A stretch of DNA of 64,000 nt, from NCBI GenBank assembly GCA_963662465.1, contig OY759599.1, forward strand, positions 480,001 through 544,000. The letters run 5' to 3'. How positions within the stretch are numbered: the stretch's first letter is position 1; every line of letters begins with the position of its first letter. A model generated the notes under the pieces. That model saw only the letters and a list, made by a program, of their open reading frames with translations. It had not been told where the DNA came from and did not search any database. Shown here piece by piece: positions 58,154 to 64,000 of this stretch. The DNA comes from Desulfatiglandales bacterium. Its GTDB lineage: Bacteria > Desulfobacterota > DSM-4660 > Desulfatiglandales > Desulfatiglandaceae. The translations under genes and the position numbers were made by a program.

Positions 58154-59769
58154 TGATGGATGGAGAAATGACCAGAGAGATCTGGGTATTCGGTGATTTG
58201 CGGAACCGAAGGCTTTTTGGGTTCAGCCTGAATGTGTTGGCCAAGGCACGGGCCTTATGCCGGTCCGATGGAAAAGCGGTGATGGTTTTTTTGAGCGGCC
58301 ATGATGCGGAGGCGGATGGCGCTGTTTCCCTGGAGAGCGCTTTTGAGGAAGCCTTTTCCCGGGGCGCGGACCGGGTTTGCGTTCTTGAAAATGAACGGTT
58401 TTCGGTCCCGGCATGCCATTTGTTCGCCCAGGCCCTGGCGGATACGGTGCAAAAGCGCTCGCCCATGCTCGTGCTGTTTGCGCTCACCGATTTCGGCCGG
58501 GAGATGGCGTCCCGGGCCGCTCGAATATGCAATGCCGGATTGATGGCGGATTGCGTGGACCTTCGAATTTCGGGAGATCAGATTGTCGGCTTATGTCCCG
58601 CCTGGGGGGGCGAAATCATGGCTGAGATTACCTATGTAGAGGGTCATGGCACGGGATTTGCCACGGTGCATTGTCAAATCCAAACGGATGATAACTTGTC
58701 GGACGAAGGGCTGGCCATGGGTGAAGCCGTTGAACGGATCCCCGTTAAAATGGATACAGACGCTGGGGGACCCAGATTGTTGTCCTGTGCTCCCGAACCC
58801 GCGGAACACCGCAAACTTGAGGCGGCTGAGATCGTGGTGGTGGGCGGCGCCGGCCTTGGCAATATGGCGGGGTTTGCCCTTGTTCGTGAACTGGCGGCGG
58901 CCGTGGGGGGCGAGGTGGCGGCCACCCGGCCGCCCGTGTTGCATCACTGGATCGACGAGGATCGGCTGATCGGGCAGACCGGCAAGACTGTTCGCCCCAA
59001 TGTGCTTTTTTCCATCGGGACGTCGGGCGCCATTCAATACACGGCGGGCATTATGGAAGCCGGAACCATTGTGGCCGTCAATCGTGATCCCAACGCGACC
59101 ATTTTTCAGGTGGCGGATCTGGGCATCGTCGCCGATGCAAAGACTTTTCTGCCCCTGCTGACGGCGCAAGCCAAGCAGGTGGTCATGCGAAAACTGGCCG
59201 ATGCGTTGTCCGATGCCAAAAACGTTGAGGGGGAAGCGGAAGGGTTCGGCGCAAAAATTCGAAAGATTCGAGAATCTCAAAACTGGACCCTGGAATCCCT
59301 GGCCACGGCCACCGGGCAGACGCCGGAATTCATGGCCTCGGTGGAATCGGACACGGTATCGCCTCCGGTCAGTTTCCTACTCCGCCTTGCCGGGGCACTT
59401 GGCGTTGATCCGGGAACATTTCTCCGCAAGGAAGAGCAGGCCGCCATTCGGGACCAGCGTGCCCAGGCGTTTATCAAGCGAACGAGAAGCTATTCCTACG
59501 AGACCCTGACGCCGGGCGCGGAAGCGAGCCACCTTCGCGCCTTTATGGTGACCATCGAGTCCCATCATGCCCATAAACCGGTGGAATACCGGCACGAAGG
59601 GGAAGAATTCATCTATGTGATGGAAGGGGACCTGGAATTTGTTCTGGGGGGAAAGCCCCATGTCCTCAAAAAGGGGGAGAGTATTCACTTTAATTCCGAT
59701 ATTCCTCATAAACTGAAGAGCCTTTCCAATGAACCCACCCGCTGCCTGGTGATGTTGTATACGGTTTGA
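58150..59769 (+). CDS. etfA: Electron transfer flavoprotein alpha subunit fused to XRE-HTH and cupin domains
   Basis: IGQTGKTVRP, G.SGAIQY, A.IFQVADLG; then GAKIRKIRE..TLE.LA and HEGEEFIYV..G...H. Confidence 0.88.
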   Translation: MMMDGEMTREIWVFGDLRNRRLFGFSLNVLAKARALCRSDGKAVMVFLSGHDAEADGAVSLESAFEEAFSRGADRVCVLENERFSVPACHLFAQALADTVQKRSPMLVLFALTDFGREMASRAARICNAGLMADCVDLRISGDQIVGLCPAWGGEIMAEITYVEGHGTGFATVHCQIQTDDNLSDEGLAMGEAVERIPVKMDTDAGGPRLLSCAPEPAEHRKLEAAEIVVVGGAGLGNMAGFALVRELAAAVGGEVAATRPPVLHHWIDEDRLIGQTGKTVRPNVLFSIGTSGAIQYTAGIMEAGTIVAVNRDPNATIFQVADLGIVADAKTFLPLLTAQAKQVVMRKLADALSDAKNVEGEAEGFGAKIRKIRESQNWTLESLATATGQTPEFMASVESDTVSPPVSFLLRLAGALGVDPGTFLRKEEQAAIRDQRAQAFIKRTRSYSYETLTPGAEASHLRAFMVTIESHHAHKPVEYRHEGEEFIYVMEGDLEFVLGGKPHVLKKGESIHFNSDIPHKLKSLSNEPTRCLVMLYTV

Positions 59770-59826
59770 AACTGTATTGCATTACAATAATTCAAGGTAT
59801 AAATAGTAACGCATTACTGTAAATTT

Positions 59827-60038
59827 AAAGCGTAGGAATTTCCATTTTTTGATCCGGCATATCAAATAGTTGTTGCAGTGATGGTGTTAAATGTGTCAAA
59901 AAAAACACATTATGTATATGCCATCAAGCCAAAAAATTGATAAGGAAATTTTCCGGACGATTTTTATTGATCATTGGAAATCATTCAAAAATCGTCATCC
60001 TGGATATGATATTTCGCAATATGAAGATCCGGTTCAGA
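59827..60038 (+). mobile_element. Truncated, diverged copy of the left end of the IS91-family element
   Basis: Closely matches 26001-~26211 (aaagcgtaggaatttcc ... gaagatccggttcaga). Confidence 0.88.
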
Positions 60039-60310
60039 TATCCATCGAAAAATCTTTGAAAGGTTTGTACTCAAAAGAACTGGCTGAAGTCCCACCCAAA
60101 ACCCATAATCTTCTCTATCTTCTGAAAAAAATCGAGAAGAAACCCGATCAAGATCTGCTGAAATTTATCACCAAACTGAACACTGCCAGCGTCGCCACGC
60201 GCTACCCTGATGATTTGGCAAAGATACAAGCCGCGTACACTGAAGAAATCACAAAAGAAATGATTGAAAAGAGCAAGGATGTATTGAAATGGGTCAAGAG
60301 ACAGTTCTAA
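59891..60310 (+). CDS. HEPN domain protein whose N-terminus is replaced in frame by the transposase N-terminus
   Basis: First ~49 aa match the transposase; then SIEKSLKGL, PPKTHNL..L, VATRYP. Confidence 0.75.
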   Translation: MCQKKHIMYMPSSQKIDKEIFRTIFIDHWKSFKNRHPGYDISQYEDPVQISIEKSLKGLYSKELAEVPPKTHNLLYLLKKIEKKPDQDLLKFITKLNTASVATRYPDDLAKIQAAYTEEITKEMIEKSKDVLKWVKRQF

Positions 60311-60600
60311 CCACCGTCAAAAAATTCAAGAATGCGCTGGAGTCCATCGATATCCGAGTTGACCAGCTCATCCTGTTTGGTTCCCAAGCGGAAGGCACTG
60401 CCCGCGAAGATTCAGATATTGACCTGGTTGTCATTTCCACAAGCTTCACAAACAAAAGCTACTGGGAGCGCATAAACATCTTGAGCGATGCCATCTATCA
60501 AGTTTTTGCGCCTATCGAAGCATCTGCATTTACTCCAGATGAATGGAACTCTAAGAAATCCCTGATTACTGATTACGCTAAGAACGGCGTCTTGGTTTGA
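60289..60600 (+). CDS. Minimal nucleotidyltransferase (MNT)
   Basis: LFGSQAEG....SDIDLVVIS. Confidence 0.88.
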   Translation: MGQETVLTTVKKFKNALESIDIRVDQLILFGSQAEGTAREDSDIDLVVISTSFTNKSYWERINILSDAIYQVFAPIEASAFTPDEWNSKKSLITDYAKNGVLV

Positions 60601-60732
60601 CATATATTTTAGCGGCGAACCGAATGATGAACCGGCGGAAAAACTGCTTGAGCGGATAATGGGAGAAAAGGCCAGTATGGAATCGAATGTGAAGAAGACG
60701 GTAAAAAAAAGGGTCAGCAGGAGTAAGAAACA

Positions 60733-61835
60733 ATGAAAAAAGAAACTCAAATGAATGGCATAATAAATCATTCTTCTCAAAATAACATCGATGCATTGTA
60801 TGGCATTGCAAGGGAAATTATCGAGAAAGCAAGAAAGAATGTCCACCGGGCAATCAATATGGCAATGGTTGAAGCCTACTGGCATATCGGAAGGATGATT
60901 GTCGAAGAAGAACAGAACGGCAAGGAACGGGCGGATTACGGTAAATTCCTCATTCAGAACCTATCCGATAAACTGACAAAAGAATTTGGCAAAGGCTTTT
61001 CATCACAAAATCTTTGGAACATGCGGCTTTTTTTTCAAAAATTCTCCGCATTGCGGAGAGAATTAAAAATTGATGACAGCTCGGATATCCTCTCCGCACT
61101 GCGGAGAGAATTGTCCTGGACCCACTATAAAACCCTGCTCCGGGTTGAAAAACCGATGGCGTGCGTGTGGTATATGCATGAGGCTGCTGATCAAAACTGG
61201 TCGACCAGAGCATTGGAAAGACAAATAAACTCACTATATTATGAACGATTGCTCCTGAGTCGTGATAAAAAATCAGTGATGGAAGAAGCACAGGGGAAAA
61301 CAGAACTTTTAAAACCAGTACCGCGTGATTATTTGAAAGACCCGTATGTGCTTGAATTTTTAAATTTAAAAGACAGAAGCAATTATCGGGAATCTGAACT
61401 GGAACTGGCCATCATCAACAATATTCAGTCTTTTTTGCTGGAACTGGGCAAAGGCTTTGCTTTTGTCGCCCGCCAGAAACGCATCTCCACCGAAACCAAA
61501 GAGTTTTATATTGACCTGGTTTTTTACAACTACATTTTGAAGTGTTTTATTCTCATTGACCTGAAAACCGGTGAGCTGACCCATCAGGATGTGGGGCAGA
61601 TGGATATGTATGTCAGGATGTTCGATGATCTGGAGATCGGCCGGGATGATAACCGTCCGTGGGGCTGATTCTCTGTGCTGAAAAAGACCGGACTATCGTG
61701 AAATATTCTGTTTTGAATGAAAACAAACAGCTTTTTGCGTCTAAATATATGATGTATCTGCCAACGGAAGCGGAACTTGTGAAAGAATTGGAAAGGGAGA
61801 AGCACTTTATTGAAATGGCGTTGGAAGAAGGATAA
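60733..61835 (+). pseudogene. DUF1016/YhcG PD-(D/E)XK nuclease, frameshifted near 61655
   Basis: YW.IG, LSWTHY, KDPYVLEFL, FLLELGKGFAFV, IDLK; the tail SVGLILCAEK...SKY..YLP is in another frame ending at 61835. Confidence 0.85.
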
Positions 61836-61866
61836 ATTATAATAAGAATCTTTTGAAAACTATTGC

Positions 61867-62001
61867 ATGAAAAAAGTAAAAGGCCTGCCAAAAAATGAAC
61901 GCTCTCGGGAAAAATTATTGGAAGGGGGGGGGGAATTCCTGTCAGACCAAGAATTGCTTGCGAAAATTTCCAACCAGAAAATACACAGGATAAACCGGTG
62001 A
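61867..62001 (+). pseudogene. RadC (UPF0758) N-terminal stub
   Basis: MKKVKGLPKNERSREKLLEGGGEFLSDQELLAKI then an early stop. Confidence 0.7.
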
Positions 62002-62210
62002 TTTTCATGTTCGCCCGCAAATGTACACGGTGTGAGAAAGACCTTGACTTTCTCCCGCTGATCCATTAAAAACGCGGGGATTCGCTGGGGCAACCGGAGT
62101 TGCCGGGATCTCATATCCTGAAGGATTTTGATTCGGAGATCCGCTCGGATTTTGCTGGTCTCATATTGCTGAATTTCAGCCGTTATGGTTGGGGTTCATG
62201 CTGTTTTAGG

Positions 62211-62266
62211 AAAAAGCCACGAAGGCTTACTTTTGAGGAAAAGTATGTCTTCGTGGCTTTTTTTTT
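62211..62266 (+). terminator. Terminator-like hairpin just upstream of the TonB receptor gene
   Basis: AAAAAGCCACGAAG...CTTCGTGGC followed by a T-run, 48 nt before the ATG. Confidence 0.7.
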
Positions 62267-62314
62267 ATGGAATGGAAAGAAAACAACTGATCTTAAGGAG
62301 GAAGGAGATTCATA

Positions 62315-64000
62315 ATGAAAAATTGGAGTTGGTTTATTGCTTTTATAGCGGTTTTGATGTTGGCCCCTCCCGGGGCTGGGCAGGCCGAAGAACCGGAGGA
62401 TAAGGCTGTCCACAGACTGGACGAAGTGGTGGTTACCGCCACCAAATATGAAACATCCACCAAGGATATCCCGTCCAACGTGACGGTGGTTACCGGCGAG
62501 GAGATCCGGGCCCAGTATTTGCCCGACAATGATATCAGCGATGCTCTGCGGAACATATCGGGCCTTACCACCCGCCGGGCCTATGCGCCTTTTCCCGCCT
62601 ACATCAATATTCGGGGCGCGGGGAGTAACGGGACGGTCATTTTAGTGAACAACATTCCCACCAATTGGGAAATTATGCAGGCCATCCCGCCCGAGAACAT
62701 TGAGCGGGTGGAAATTATGAGAGGTCCGGCGTCGGTCCTGTATGGGGCCAATGCCAGCGGCGGTGTGATCAACATCATTACCAAGGAAGGGGGAGAGGGC
62801 ATCAACGGAACCGTGGGCGGTGGTTATGGGACCTTCAACACCTGGCGGGCCCAGGCTACAAGTAATGGAACCGTTGATAAATTTCATTATTCTTTTGCCG
62901 GCTACAAGGACAAATCCGATGGCAGCAACATCGTCAAGAACAATGTTATCCCGAGCGTCACCATGATCGAGGATTGTTCCTACGATAAATGGGCCGCGTC
63001 TTTGACCGCCGCCTACGATGTGAACGAAAAAGGCAAATTATCTTTTCTTTTCAACTATTTTAAAGACGAATACACCCGGGGACGTCCCAATGTGGGGGGT
63101 GACTGGGATCGTTATTTTACCAGCTTGACCTATGATCAGGCATTCGGCGATATGTTATTGTTTAAGGGATATGTGGGGTTTCGCTACGATGATCTGCTGC
63201 ATCGTTACGACAAGGGGAACCAGAATTACGAACTGAAGCAGACCCGGAACACGGATTACCGGGAAATACCCCTGGAACTTCAGATGACGGCCCGTCTGGG
63301 CTGGGGAAACGCATTGACGGGCGGGTTTTTCTGTAATTACCAGGACACGGATCAGGATTACCGCAATCCCGGAGGCGTTTTGATCAACAACAACCGCTAC
63401 AAGGTCAGGACCCTGGCCGGATACCTTCAGGACGTTTGGAAACCCATTGAAAAACTGGCCGTTACGGCAGGCCTTCGCTATGACAACTGGAGAAATTACG
63501 ACAATACCTTTTCCAATTTTGTGGATATTCATCCGGCCGACCGCACCGACGACAACTGGAGTCCCAAAATCGGCGCCAAGTACAATTTTACGGATCGACT
63601 GGGCCTGTGGGCCAACTATGCGGTGGGATTCAATCCCCCGACCCCCGAACAACTCTACGACGACCGGACTTCCGGCGGAAATCCCCGGGAACCCAATCCC
63701 GACCTGAAACCGGAAACCACCCGAAGCTGGGAGCTGGGGGTTGAAAACTGGTTTATGGACAACCTCAGCGCCAAGGTGGTGGGGTTTTTCACCTATACGG
63801 ACGACAAGATTATCTCCTGGTTCGATGACGAGAATATCTGGATCAACAAGAACATCGGTCGAAGTAAATCGTACGGCGTCGAAGTCGATATGTTTTTTCA
63901 GCCTTTCAAAAACTGGCTCGTCAATGCCAACTACACCTGGAACCCGGCGGAAATCGAAAGTAACCCGTCAGATCCCGGCCAGGAAGGAAATGAACTCCCC
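62315..64000 (+). CDS. TonB-dependent receptor, runs off the window end
   Basis: Absent from the ORF track. MKNWSWF.. signal peptide, DEVVVTATK TonB box, IERVEIMRGPASVLYG..A.GGVINIITK, NPDLKPET. Confidence 0.92.
   Translation, partial: MKNWSWFIAFIAVLMLAPPGAGQAEEPEDKAVHRLDEVVVTATKYETSTKDIPSNVTVVTGEEIRAQYLPDNDISDALRNISGLTTRRAYAPFPAYINIRGAGSNGTVILVNNIPTNWEIMQAIPPENIERVEIMRGPASVLYGANASGGVINIITKEGGEGINGTVGGGYGTFNTWRAQATSNGTVDKFHYSFAGYKDKSDGSNIVKNNVIPSVTMIEDCSYDKWAASLTAAYDVNEKGKLSFLFNYFKDEYTRGRPNVGGDWDRYFTSLTYDQAFGDMLLFKGYVGFRYDDLLHRYDKGNQNYELKQTRNTDYREIPLELQMTARLGWGNALTGGFFCNYQDTDQDYRNPGGVLINNNRYKVRTLAGYLQDVWKPIEKLAVTAGLRYDNWRNYDNTFSNFVDIHPADRTDDNWSPKIGAKYNFTDRLGLWANYAVGFNPPTPEQLYDDRTSGGNPREPNPDLKPETTRSWELGVENWFMDNLSAKVVGFFTYTDDKIISWFDDENIWINKNIGRSKSYGVEVDMFFQPFKNWLVNANYTWNPAEIESNPSDPGQEGNELP

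Noticed and set aside
62044..62266. Cobalamin riboswitch
   Set aside because: Conserved B12-box elements not found by eye; kept only as an unassigned leader

Overview
64 kb of a bacterial chromosome, most likely an anaerobic deltaproteobacterium/Desulfobacterota (inferred from gene content). Housekeeping blocks (mtaB-mnmA, aminotransferase, ispG-proS, relA/spoT-rpmB, acyl-CoA dehydrogenases with etfBA, a TonB receptor) are interleaved with accessory DNA. (1) A ~28 kb conflict/defence island (3.5-31.4 kb) holds a Ser/Thr kinase-PEGA-2xDUF1566 gene with diversity-generating retroelement (DGR) target hallmarks followed by a truncated Avd-like gene, a GHKL-ATPase/HEXXH fusion, Rpn-type nucleases, a degenerate ABC-ATPase fused to a radical SAM domain coupled to an HTH-DUF4338 gene, an ATPase-TOPRIM (OLD-like) gene, DUF5131, a type I R-M system whose hsdR is split by an IS91-family element, and a HEPN-MNT pair. 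(2) A six-gene BREX type 1-like locus (37.6-52.1 kb) carries an extra ATPase + TOPRIM-like pair between pglX and pglZ. (3) A small patch at 59.8-62 kb has an IS91 fragment fused to HEPN, MNT, DUF1016 and a radC stub. I saw no rRNA, tRNA, CRISPR array, integrase or reverse transcriptase. The best novelty candidates are the pseudo-ATPase/radical SAM + DUF4338 operon and the two-VR DGR-target kinase. All family calls come from motif recognition by eye, not database searches. Several single-base frameshifts may be assembly errors.
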